A DNA stretch of 59,436 nt, filler included, from Jimgerdemannia flammicorona (GCA_003990765.1; 2 parts of 2 records of this genome joined end to end with filler, not necessarily neighbours in it), one strand, 5' to 3'. Counted from the whole stretch's first letter, positions 1 to 11,768 are shown. Translations and numbers: made by a program. The notes: generated from the letters alone by a model not told the origin.

Positions 1-941
1 AAAAAAGCGTGCTACCCAACTTCATCACAAACAAGAACCCTGCTTCCGTCTGACAATCTGTGAAATGATATCCCCATTAGCCGGGTGAGAAATTACCTGC
101 CAGATCGGCCGACTACTTGATGAGGCAATTGTATTTAATATATAGGAGGATGAACCAATAGACCATGAAATCACATCCACGTGTAAATTAGTAATAGAGT
201 ATGACAGATCGTCATTTAAAGTATTGGTCACAATCTGAAGTCAATCCGAAATCATGCAACCAACAATTGATCATCGGCGATCAAACAGAGTTCGGATTAG
301 AAGGCTACGGAGATTCTATATTATTTTTTCCAACAGAGCGTATGGAGCACATGATAATAGAAATGAAACAGCAACCGTTGTGGGGTGATATTCGTTGTTC
401 CAATGAGATATAGCCAATAACCACCCGGTATTCTAGTTTTCAAACTCAAAATGTTGCTCGATGGATGAATATGCGAAATCTTGCAAAATGAAAATTGCCA
501 GCATGGCTAAGGGTATTCATTATAAATAGACGGCATCGTTTACAATCTATCTCTGATTGAGCCACGTTTCGCTAATTTCGTATCATGTTTTCCATATACT
601 CTGTTGGAAAAATAAATATAGAATCTCCGTAGCCTTTTGTTCCGAACCCTGTTTGATCGCCGAACCTGATCCCAAGGTTACGATCAATTGTTAATGCATG
701 ATTTCTGATTCTGACCAAAACGTTAGAATCTTACATACTCTATTACTAACTAACTAACTAACACGTGATGATCTGTTGATTCATCCTCCTATATATTAAT
801 ACAATTGCCTCGTCAGGTAATCGGCCCATCTGGCAGGTAATTTCCCTAAAGTTGATGACCCGGCTAATGGGATATCGTTTAAAGATTATCAGACGGAAGC
901 AGGGTTCTTGTTTGTGATGAAGTTGGGTAGCACGCTTTTTT
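1..941. repeat. Long imperfect inverted repeat (foldback); arms ~1-375 and ~570-941, spacer ~200 bp
   Basis: gcgtgctacccaacttcatcacaaacaagaaccctgcttccgtctga (7-53) is the reverse complement of ~889-935. aaggctacggagattctata (301-320) pairs with tatagaatctccgtagcctt (~617-636). The arms differ by substitutions and indels, and the left arm may extend beyond the window. Confidence 0.9.
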
Positions 942-2111
942 TTTTTTCGGTTTTCGGAGGTAATCGCCTCGTGATTCGTTCAGCGTAGATCATCACGAGC
1001 GGTAATTGTCTACTTTGTATCTATGCGGATCGCTGTGCCAACTTAATTATTTGGCATAATTCGGAGCATCATTAAGTGCACTGTTTGGAGTTAGGAACTA
1101 TCTACACAATCGGGGACCAGGACTTATAATTTGAAAAGAACGTCGGCTGCACCTTCCTTATCTTTAACGGTCATGGGTCTGACGAGCCAAAAGACTATCG
1201 CCATTCTTGATGACTTGGCTGTAATTTGGGAAGGATTCTTGATTATTTTTGCGATCACTTGGGTGAGTTGCTTGTCGTCGGTGTCTGAATTCTCGCCTTC
1301 TTAAGAGCTTTCTCTTATTTCAAGCCTTTTGTGTATGGTAGAACGGCAAAACAGAATAATCACTTCAGTATTTCTGCTTCCACACTCATAGAATTCGAAT
1401 GGTGACCGCAGCACTCGTTAATTATGTAATGTGGCTCCGATGCCACTCTATTCTGTGCCTCGTCGTTTAAGTACAATATATCCTACCCCATCATGTTCAC
1501 ACGGAAAATATGGTTCTGCGGTATGCCTCCTTTCTTTCTCTCGAAGCGGGGCCAAGCTAACCTTTACGGTGCAGCAGCTAAAAGCCCACGCTACGTAACA
1601 CGTGCAATATTCTCTGAAGCACAAGTGTGGGAATCGGTAGCTCAGTCTATTGCGCCCATGCCCACGACATCACAAAATCCTTGTACCATACATTGAATAC
1701 TGCACCATACATTTATACACCAAGTATGCCATGTGTGTGAAGATCCCGTATGCTATGCTATATGTTAGAACGTACGGTGCATGAGACTGTGACTAATCCT
1801 TATGGTTCTAATAGAATTGCATGCATGAACTTACATTCCTTTGCATTCATTTTGCTCTTGAAAGCTGTCCACTACCGTGCAACAAGAATGAGGCGCTTTC
1901 CGATATGTTTATGCAAATTACCGAAGTATATACATTCCACGATGTTCCTGTTACCTCCACCCCCTTATAGTACATGGCTCATATATCCACCCACAACTAA
2001 AATGGAGACGATATCCGTGGACTCTACCCCAGCCTACCTTATCCAACTATATTAAACCCTCCAAGTCGAATCCGAATTCACTTTATTCCCAACGCCTTCA
2101 GCAAGTCAAAG

Positions 2112-2639
2112 ATGGGCAACGTATTCTCGCGCCGACGTGCCCTAAAACGTCTGTCCCCTGAATCTCCTAAAGACGAGTTATCCCGCTGTAGCCTTGTGAT
2201 GGATGTGTATGGTGTGTTCGTAGTGCACTTCATTCAAATGTTCCACGACCAAGTCCTTAAGAACAGAAAACGTAAGGGGGCCGTCGTGGTGCTTGACCTG
2301 CGATTCCCAAACTCAGACCCAGGGAAACTTGTGGCAGCCAAGGCGAAGAACCCCGCGGACAGTAGGAGTCGCAAGGAGATGCTAAAAAAATTCAAATCTG
2401 TGGAGCGCAGCGCATGCGACCGTCTGGACTGGACAGTCTTCTGGGACTTCGTCGAAGAACAATCTAACGACGTGGAGGAGTTCGACAGATTCAAGCTGGA
2501 GTTCGTAGAAAGAGTGAATAGGGGCCGGCTCAGTGTGGATCACATCGTTACAAAGGCAAATCCCTCAGTCCATTGGCCTTCGAAAGACTCCGAAATGCGA
2601 TTGCTGCGTATTCAGCTCCAATTTCACGACTTCCAATAG
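2112..2639 (+). CDS. Intronless hypothetical protein, 175 aa, with an N-terminal MGNxxS myristoylation-like motif
   Basis: Uninterrupted ATG-to-TAG ORF, richer in GC and CpG than its flanks, with protein-like composition, an A-rich start context (gtcaaagATG) and an AT-rich 3' flank. No family recognised. Confidence 0.6.
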   Translation: MGNVFSRRRALKRLSPESPKDELSRCSLVMDVYGVFVVHFIQMFHDQVLKNRKRKGAVVVLDLRFPNSDPGKLVAAKAKNPADSRSRKEMLKKFKSVERSACDRLDWTVFWDFVEEQSNDVEEFDRFKLEFVERVNRGRLSVDHIVTKANPSVHWPSKDSEMRLLRIQLQFHDFQ

Positions 2640-3746
2640 CTATTTTATAAATTTTATCAATTTATATATCCTTACAGTTTGACATTATGTCTTGTAATCA
2701 CATTATGCCTTGTGACCACATTACACCTTATGATCACGTTTTCTCATGATTAATCAATTATGATCCATGTCTCTATGAATTATGCCTAAATTTAAACTAT
2801 GCGCCATTTTAATATAGAACTTATTGCCTGAATACTGATATATTGTATTGTAAACATGTATTCCAATAGAATTTCTCTTCATTTAAAACAATTCAAGCAG
2901 AAGCTAATTTTGTCTACACTTTTCATACCCTCCGAACGAGAATACTTGTGATCGTCATTAACGAGACTGTGATGCCATCGACTGGACGATCTGCCTTTGC
3001 CCCTTTTGGCAAATCGGACCTTTTGGGAAACGGCAAATATTCGCCCTTTCATCGTCGTCCTCCCTTTAATCGTTGTCTTTTGGCGAGATGACACATGAAA
3101 TCGTCGTCCTTCCTTTAAAATGACCGATATAGATAGTGATGGTGACACCGAAAGCCACACACAACCTTAGGAGCTCTCGGATATCCCTGCCCCCATCCCA
3201 AACGACGTCAATGCTCGTCAGTAGTGGGTCTTTCCAATGTGAAATACGTTTTTTTTGAGTTAACGCAATCTTTCACTTTGGACTCAACATGCCGATTTTC
3301 TTAGGAACCATGCCTTCTATGGCTGGGTTCAATTCTATCCTACACAATTCACCGCAGAATTTTGTGGAACTGCCGCAAAATCCTAAATTATGACGAAAGT
3401 AGAAGCCTATCAATTTCCAGAAGCCTCTTGTTGATTCTAACCACGTTGTTCGGCTTGTTACACGACTGCCTTCAAAAGACCTCAAAAGGCAGTTTTTTTT
3501 TTTTTTTTTTTTCGCCATTATGATGGTGACACCAAAAATCAAACCGTTAGGTGCTCGGGAAAATGTTGATCCACACTTTACAGATCCGTTTGTGTGGATC
3601 GTTATCGAATGGGGATAGCCTTCGAGTTTAGTTTCAGTGATCGCCATTACCATCGGTTATGGACCGGGAGGATTCCGGAACGTGCTTTTAGCGCGAAATG
3701 GCAGTCGAGACGATTATTGCAACAAGAATGAGGCGCTTTCCGATAT

Positions 3747-4554
3747 TGTAACGTGCCGGCTCAATAGAGGCAAATTAAAAGGTGGGGCAGCTGTGTGAAT
3801 TGGCTTGAGCCCCCAGTTACTTTGTCAAAAAGTAACAAAATTTTCAATGGTTTGTCTCAGATGGATCTTAGAATTATCACAAATAGGCAGGGTTCTATCC
3901 TTAGAACTTGATAGCAAATCTTCAGCCTTTTCTGGCAAAGTTCTTCACTTGAACTTGGCAGCAATCTTCTTTATATCAGAAAGCCAACTGGAGTTGAATC
4001 AGGCATTAAAGCTCACAATCTCCTTAACAGTGACTTTAGAGTAGGTGTTTCTCCTAAATATTGCAATTCTTTCTGGATCAAGTGGCTTTTGGCAGACATA
4101 TCCCTCAAAGTATATTAGGCAGACTTGTTTTTACTTTTAACTTAGATTTTTAACTGAGGTTTATTCACTTGAATCTTAGAGATATTTTATATAAGTGTGG
4201 TTGCTATCTGATTGCTATCTGAATAATTATAAAATATACAATTAGGCTAATTTAGAGGAGATGTGATCATTTGCTTCTTTAGAAAATAGATGTTCTCTCA
4301 GAGAACAGATCTTCTCTCAGTAGACAAGTGTTCCTCAAGAAATAGATTTAGTATATCTGATTATTTATATCAATTGGTAGCATATATAGATAATTAAGTA
4401 GAGTAATTATACTAAGTGTTCTTTATATATATATTATCTGATTATATTATAGTATTTACTTATTATATTAGTCTCTACTAAAGAGCAGTCTGTCCTAGAC
4501 TGTTCTTTAGTCATTATTCTAATATCTATAGATATCTTCTATATTTATATCTAT
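3747..4554. mobile_element. Old LTR-like sequence that hosts element A; outer left edge of the transposon nest
   Basis: Starts with TGTAAC where CpG content collapses. ~3930-4450 is similar to ~13930-14345 (e.g. ctcacaatctcct...actttagagt; gatattttatataagt..gttgctatctg). Confidence 0.5.
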
Positions 4555-6111
4555 TGTCACATAGTGGTCGCTGAGTCCTTCAAATATGCCAGATTCTCTT
4601 CAAGGTATATCTCTTAGACTAACTCAAGTTTGTTATAAGCAAGTTCTTATTGGAGTGTCTTCCCAAGGTCTTATAGTCCTCAAACTTCTTATCTTTAAAC
4701 TGTCTTGTTATGTCTTAGATTGCTTGCAAGGAAGTGTATAAGTGAACCAGATAGAACTGACTTTATTTCAGAGAAAATAAGAGGGGTATTTATACAAAAT
4801 ATAATTCAATGGTTGCTAAGATATAAAGCTAAATATAAATTCCAATAACTAAAACTACTAAGTTCTAGGGTTGGCACTGATGGTTGTACAGATTCAGGAT
4901 GTTAGTATAATTCAGTGTCACATCAGAATACCAGTGCTGGAATAATTTCATGTCACCTCAGAATGCTGGTGCTGACATTATTCAGTATTCCATCAAAATA
5001 CTAGTGCTGGCATTATTCAGTATAACAAAGAACTTAGAGCAGAAAGTTCAAGACCATGGGAGCTTCATCCTCATCATCACTAAAGGAGATGAGATCCACA
5101 AATTCATTGTCATGCAAGTTGTATGTCTCGTATATGTCATGCATTTTACATACTTCAATGTCATGTGGGATGATGTCATCACCAATGACATCATCACGTT
5201 TGGCAGTAGGGAAATTGGAGGCTCTCTAATCTATGAGGTTCTCTTCCATAAAATAAAAGACAAATGTGGAGTCTTGGGGAGGTCTAACCTGGATGCTTGG
5301 GTCTTGGAATACTGAGATCAATCCTTGCAGGAATTGGTCTGGGTTGTCCTGAAGGATGGGGTGCCAGAAGTCTTCTACTTCATCACTATTGAGGGTAATA
5401 GTGGACTGGGCTTCTGTAGCCACTCTGGCTTCTAGTGCATTGATATGGCAGGATGACAGGTCTCTGAAATCTGAGACTCTAACATATGTACTCCAAGTTG
5501 GAGATCAACCATGGTGCATGCCTGAAGATCTGATAGATCTTCTTAGCTATCCTTGTTTCATGTATATCCATGGGAGTGGCATCTTATAGCTCTTGAGTAC
5601 TGGCCTGTGGGAACTCCTGGCAGAGAAGGTTTCCTATTTTGTACTCCTGCTATATTTGGAGGCATTTGGTGGTAATGGTGATCCTTGTTTCCATTTCACA
5701 GTGGTAGAGGATAAAGTGATAGAGATCTGCAGTACCCAGGTTGACACTAGGAGTCCTTCTCAAGCAGATCCTCATGGCTCTTCTGATGTCTTGGAACATC
5801 CTTTCCTCAACTGAGATATCTTGGTAGTTCCTTGACCTTGAGATTTGGTGGGCAGCAGGCATTTCGTTTATAGTAAGTCTTTGAGCTATTTTGAGATTAG
5901 TGGGTCTTGTTGGTTGCTGCTACTATAGTTCCTTGATCCTTCTTTTATATTCCTCAAGATGCTTGTGCTGTGGTCACAATGACTTATAGTTGGTCATCAT
6001 TGCTCATTGCTCATCTCATATACTGTATGATCTCCTTGTGCTCTGATCTGGTAGCTTGTGGGGAAAGGCTATCTCCTGTGCTGATGTCATCATTCTAAGG
6101 TCACTATTACA
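4555..6111 (-). repeat. 3' LTR of element A
   Basis: Minus-strand ends TGTAATAG...GTGACA, colinear with 11790-13344. TATA-like TATAAATA at 4787-4794 and AATAAA at 4762-4767 on the minus strand. Confidence 0.93.
5034..5862 (-). pseudogene. LTR-embedded ORF of family A, copy 1 (~275 codons, disrupted)
   Basis: MPAAHQISRSRN...RRTPSVNLGTAD...LISNLEY...FWHPILQDNPDQFLQ...EAPMVLNFLL*. Contains a few stop codons and a private 4-nt insertion near 5485. Confidence 0.75.
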
Positions 6112-6121
6112 TCTTCCTCCT
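6112..6121 (-). other. Polypurine tract of element A
   Basis: Minus strand AGGAGGAAGA immediately before the TG of the 3' LTR. The same sequence occurs at 27224-27233. Confidence 0.8.
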
Positions 6122-6466
6122 GAATAAGGATCTTCTTGAGCATCCTTATTCATTGGTCCAGTCCTGAAAAATTTGCTGATCCCATAATCTCTGACAAGGG
6201 GTTGAAAAGTGGTATTTATGGACTGGCATCTTCTCTTTATATTTTGGCATAATGATGAAGGGTTACTCCCTTCATATAGAGCAAGGGCCTGATTCTGATC
6301 TTGACCAATCAGTTGATGGTTCGAACTCCTCTGACTTCGAAAGTCTTATGGATGAGTAGTTGTCAGTGCTGTATCCCTTAGAGAATGGTTCAGACAGATA
6401 GCCTGCTAGTCACAAGACATGCTGTTACAATTCATGGACTAGAACCTCATGGGCAGTCATCATGTT

Positions 6467-9400
6467 TTACTTCTCTGGTATAGGTTTGTGGTACTTCTTG
6501 AGTCTGTTTCTGTATACTGTGGTAGGCAGTATGGTTCCTGAGATTTTTCTAAGCCAGAAGGTAGTTCCCTTGATATCTTGCACATAGAAGGGTCCTTCCC
6601 ATTTGGGCTCCAGTTTTCATGACCATGAGACTTCTACCATATTTTGATATAGTAGAACCTTTTCTCCAATTTCATTAGGTTCTAGGGCCTTGTGATTCTT
6701 TTCTGCATTCTTTCTTATCAGTACTTATGACTTGGTGATGTAATCTTCAGCCTTCTTCCTAATTTGGTATAGTCTCTGGATTTCTGCATCAACCCATCTC
6801 CAAGTTAGGTCTAGATTTGTAGCTGAGGTTCCATCAGAATCTTCTTCTCTGAAGAGCAGCTCTCTTGGGGTAAAGTGTGTGCTCTGTGACCATATGTCTT
6901 ATAGGACAGAGAGAGTGGTTGGGAGATAGTTATCCCAATTCTCATATATCTCTGAGATTTTTGCTAGTATATGTATTCTTGAGGGTCTTGTTGGTTCTCT
7001 CTGTCTGTCCATTTCTTGAGAGTGGTACACAGTGGTCTTGATGTACTGGATCTTGTATTTCTGATACATTATCTTATAGAATCTATTGATAAATTCTATG
7101 CCACAGTCTGTTGTGATTTGCTTCAGTGTCTTGTAGTGGCAGATGATTTCTCAGTGCAGGAAGTCAGCTATAGAGAGGGCATTGGCCTCTTGTAATGCTC
7201 CTGCCTCTATCCATTTGGTGAAGAGGTCTACAATAATTATAATATAGCAGATTCCTGATAGTGTTACTGGTAGTGGTCCAATGATATCTATTGCAATGTG
7301 GTGGAAGGAGATAGGCTCAATTATTGATGACCTGGGTGCCTGGTCTTGCTGATCTTGTTTCTGTTTTTGGTACTTGTCACACCCTTTGACAAATTGGTAT
7401 AGGTCTTCTTCCATCTTGGGCCACCATATGGTTCTTCTTGCTTTATCATATGTGTTGGTTCCTCCTAAGTATCCTTGCTCATATACTTCCTTTATTACTT
7501 GATACTTCTTATGTTCAGGTATTACTAGCTTTTCTCCTTTTCTGAGTGTAGTGTTGTCTAGTTCAAACTATTTTCAAGTCCGGTTGATGATAGTGATTGT
7601 CCAGGGTTCGAGATGGTTGAGCATCTTCCACTGCCCAAGGTAGCTGATTAATCCATAGTATAGCTCCTTATTCATGTTGAATGGTCTTGATGGGGGTGTT
7701 TTGGAGTGTCCTTGAGAGTGTATCGGCATTAGTATTGGTCTTTTCTGAGCAGTGCTTGACAGTACAGTCATACTCTTGCAGCCTGTAGATCTATCTGGCA
7801 TATATTCCTTTAGAGTTCAGAGTGTGGAATAGCCAGGCAAGAGCAGAGTGGTCTGTTTGAATGGTGAAGTATTTCCCAGCTAGGTAGTAGTGGAACTTGT
7901 CTACTGCCCAAACTACTGCTAAGCATTCGAGCTTATATGACTCATAGTTCTGTTCTGCTCCATGGGTACCTCAGCTTGCATAGGAGATAACATATTCATG
8001 TCCATCTTTCTTCTGAGCTAGGACTGCTCTAAGTTCTATAGCACTCACATCTGTCTGCAGGATGAATTCTAGGTTCCAATCTGGTCTTCTGAGGATAGGT
8101 GCTTGGGTCAACCTAGTCTTGAGTTCATTGAAGGTTTCTTGGCACTCTTTGGTCCATTCAAATTTGGTTTCCTTCTTCAGTAGCTCATAGATAGGTGCTG
8201 TAATGTTGGAATATCCTTTGATGAATCTTCTGTAGTAGCTGGCCAGTCTAAGGAAGACATAGACTTCTGTGGTTGTTCTGGGTCTTGGGTAGGCTACAAC
8301 AGCCTCAATCTTCATGGAGTCTGTGTGGATTCTAGTCTGGTTGATGAGGTGTCCTAGATAGGTAATTTCTTGAGCTGCAAACTTGCATTTCTTGGGCTTG
8401 ATGTAGAGGCCATGCTCCTTGAGCTTCTTGAGGGCTAGTTGTATGTGATTGATATATTCCCATACAGTATTGCTGAAGATGATCATATCATCAACATAGA
8501 TAAAGAGCCATTTTCCAATCTCATTGCTAAAGACTCTGTTCATTATTTGCTGGAAACTTGCTAGAGCATTGCACATTTCAAATGGCATTTGCAGGTAGAT
8601 ATGGGTGGTATCAGGTGTAATGAAGGCTGATTTCTTACTGGTATCTTGAGTGAGACCAATCTGATGGAAGCCTGAGAACAGATCCAAGATAGTATAGTAT
8701 TTGGCTTTGCTTCTAAGGGTGGTAAGGATTTCTTGAATATTTGGCAAGGGCTACCTATCCTTCTTGATGATGGTATTGAGCTTTCTATAGTCAATGCAGA
8801 GTCTTGGTGCAAACTCTCCAGGTTTGCTTCCTTTCTTCAGAGCAAGGACAATGGGTGAGGCCCAGGGGCTGATAGCTTGCTTGATGATTCCAGCTTCTTC
8901 CATTTCCTTGAGTTCTGCTCGCAGCCATTCTCTGTAGGCAGGTGGTATAGGTCTGGCTTTCTGGTAGATGGGCTTGGTATCACCAGTGTCAACTTCATAA
9001 TAGTACTTAGGTTCTTGATTGTAGATATCTCTGAAGTCTGTAGCAAGTACTTCTTCATTCTGATACAGGATCTTGAGAAGTTGTTCCTCCAGGGGAAAGT
9101 TTTCTCCAATGGTATATGTGTGCTTGTTCTGGTCCTTGTCTTTCTTGTGCTCAAGTTCAGTAATCTTGGTGGTAGCATAGGCTCCTCTTCCAGTAGATCC
9201 AAAGCCTTGTTCTCCTCTCTTGGTCTTGATGAGTTTGATGGCTTCTATGATCTTGGGCTTCTTGATTTCATGGATCAGTATCTGGCCAATCCTGTCATGC
9301 TTCTTGACTTCAAATGGGGTGGTGGGGTTGTGATTCCTGACTATGAGGAAGATCTCACTAGTGTAATCGGGGTCAATTACTCCTCCTTCAACTGAGATTT

Positions 9401-11669
9401 TGCTTTTGGCCAGACTGCTCCTGGTCTTGATAATTCCAGCATGGTTCTCTGGCAACTTGCCTCCAATTCCAGTGCCAAGTAGGGTGGTGGTCTGTGGTTC
9501 GAGGGTAGCATCTTGAATACTGGCAAGGTCTATTCCTATGACTCCTTCAGTCTTGTATTCTGGGATCTTGGCTTTGGGGTGGAACTTCTTGACCTTGAGG
9601 GTGATGTCTGATTCTTGTTCCTTCTCATCGTCACTGTCAGCTTAAAGCTCCGGGGGCTGGTCATCTTCTTCAGCTTTCCTTTTTACTTCAGCAGCTTCTT
9701 GCTTGTGTTTCTGTTGGTAGATTTTCCTGACTTCACTGATACAGGACCAGTAGTCATTCAGGTGTTCAGAGCAGTATATCCTAGTACTATGGAGGCATCT
9801 TCTCTGAGGGGCATAGCCATCAATGATCTTGTTGTACCACTGCTTATCTGTGAGCTTGGGTGTCTTGTTCTTGTTCTTGTTCACTGAGTGCATAAAGACC
9901 TCTGTGTCCTCTTCATCTCCTTCCTCCATGTCTGGTAGAACTCCTTTGTGGACATTGATAGAGACTCATACCTTTCTTCCTCTGTAGTTGATCTGCATCT
10001 TCTGGGCATTGAGATCAATGATGGCCTTGGCCTTGTGAAGCCATTGGTTGCCAATGAGGATGTCCTAGTTGGTGGTGCTTGTGACAATCACATCTACTGG
10101 GATGGTAGCTCCTCCTATCTTAATGGGGACTTCTCAGATTTTACCAAAGAGGGTAGCTCGTGTATCATCTGCTGTGACATAGACCATCTTGATGGACTCT
10201 TCAATGTCCCAGCCTAGGTAGTCAATTGCCTTCTTGCTCATGAGGCATCTTCCAGCACCAGTATCAATGATGGCATCAAAGATACAGTCTTCAATCTGAC
10301 ATGGGGTATAGGCTGATGTCTTGCACTGGTCTTTGGATTCTTCACCTGAGTTCTCAGATTCTTTCTGTGCATTGTGAGCTTCTACAATCTTGTACTCTTA
10401 ATTCTTGGTGGTAGTTGCAAGTCCTACTCTCAACTGCTGTCTAAAGGCAGGAACTTCAGCTAGTTGTCCAAAAGTGGCATTGACCTTCTGTTCCTTGAGA
10501 TCCTTATAGATATTGTACTGGTGGATCTTGATCTTGTGCAGCTTCTGTTCCTTCTTGCTTTCACTTTCTCCTGAGACTGGAGTAGTGCCTTCAATGATTT
10601 GGCAGGCAGCTTCATCTAACTCCATATCTTGATCAATCTCCTTGGGTTGGGTCTTGCTTTGAATAGTAACAGCTAGGGTCTTCTTTGGTCTTCCAACTGG
10701 CTTGCTGTTGCTCTTCTTGTCATAGAGCTTGGACTGGGTTCTGGTACCTTCAGTAGCAGGGTAGAATTTGAGCTTCTCATAGTATTCTTCATCATCAGTA
10801 TTACCAATCTCCTCGATGACTACTGTATTGGTTTTTTCTCTGGTTCTGCTAGCATTGCTTGGTTGGGCTTTGTGTCTTGTTTCAGTCATGCAATTCTTTG
10901 CGTAGTGGCCTTCTTCTCCACATCTAAAGCATGTGATATTGCATTCTTCTATAGCAGCTGCAAATCTCTGCACTGGTCTCCTGTTGGTGCTTCAGACTTC
11001 TCTAACAACATCACCAAGGTGTGTAGTCATCTTGGCGAACTGCTTGGTGAGTTCCTCCACTGGATCAGCTTTGGCTGTCTTGGGGGTAGGTGGGGTTGGT
11101 TATCTGTTTACAACTGTAGCAGGTATAATACTAGTTGGCTTTGATGGCTCCATCTTGATGCCAGTTATTTTCTCCATTGAATGTTTAGCAGGGTGTCTCG
11201 CAGTCCAATATCTCTGTACAAAGACCACTTTCTGATCAAGGGTCAGTGCAGCTGGGATAAACTGGATTGCTAGGGCAATTTCAGGGTGAACTCCTTTGAG
11301 GAAGGTTGAATCTGCTATTTGTTCCTTGAGGTGGTCATCATAGCCAGCCAAGACAATCTAGTAGCAGATTTGAGTATAGAATGAGTTGGGATCTTCACTA
11401 AGTCCCTGGCAGATAGTATTGAGTTAATTCTTGAGAGTTTGCTTGATCTCTTCAATATAATATGTTGTTCTGAGAAAGGCCTTCATGTTGGCAAGTTTGG
11501 CTGCACTAGCATCAGCAATGGTAGCTGCATTGAACTTGTCTCTGGCAGATCCTCTGAGGCTGACTGGTAGAAGGGCTCATATGGTAGAAAATTGTTCAAA
11601 GTCTTCAATGAAGATCAGGATTGACTCTTCAGTAGTATATCCATAGAATGTGGGGGGACACATTTCCAT
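6467..11669 (-). pseudogene. gag-pol polyprotein of element A (multiple stops)
   Basis: Zinc knuckle CFRCGEEGHYAKNC; protease FDAIIDTGAG (~10250-10280); RT SPWASPIVL, LCIDYRKLN, LDLFSGFHQI, IYVDDMII; RNase H LQTDVS; integrase IAIDIIGPLP, IVDLFTKW, KLEPKWEGPF. No chromodomain before the stop at 6467. Confidence 0.93.
9190..9606 (-). other. dUTPase domain within pol of element A (between PR and RT)
   Basis: LKVKKFHPKAKIP...GIDL...GTGI...RSSLAK...GGVIDPDY...DRIGQ...RGEQGFGSTG, giving all five trimeric dUTPase motifs. Confidence 0.92.
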
Positions 11670-11768
11670 CTTATCTTGAATTCTTGCAGGAATGACTCTT
11701 GTAGTCAGGGTAGTTATTGTGGAGATTATTCATTTTTCAGCTTAAAAGTGAGGGATTTGTCTTGAATC

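Noticed and set aside
4950..5814. Plus-strand ORFs in the family-A LTRs (also 12242-12553, 26137-26922)
   Set aside because: Antisense shadows of the minus-strand LTR ORF, with hydrophobic, non-conserved translations.
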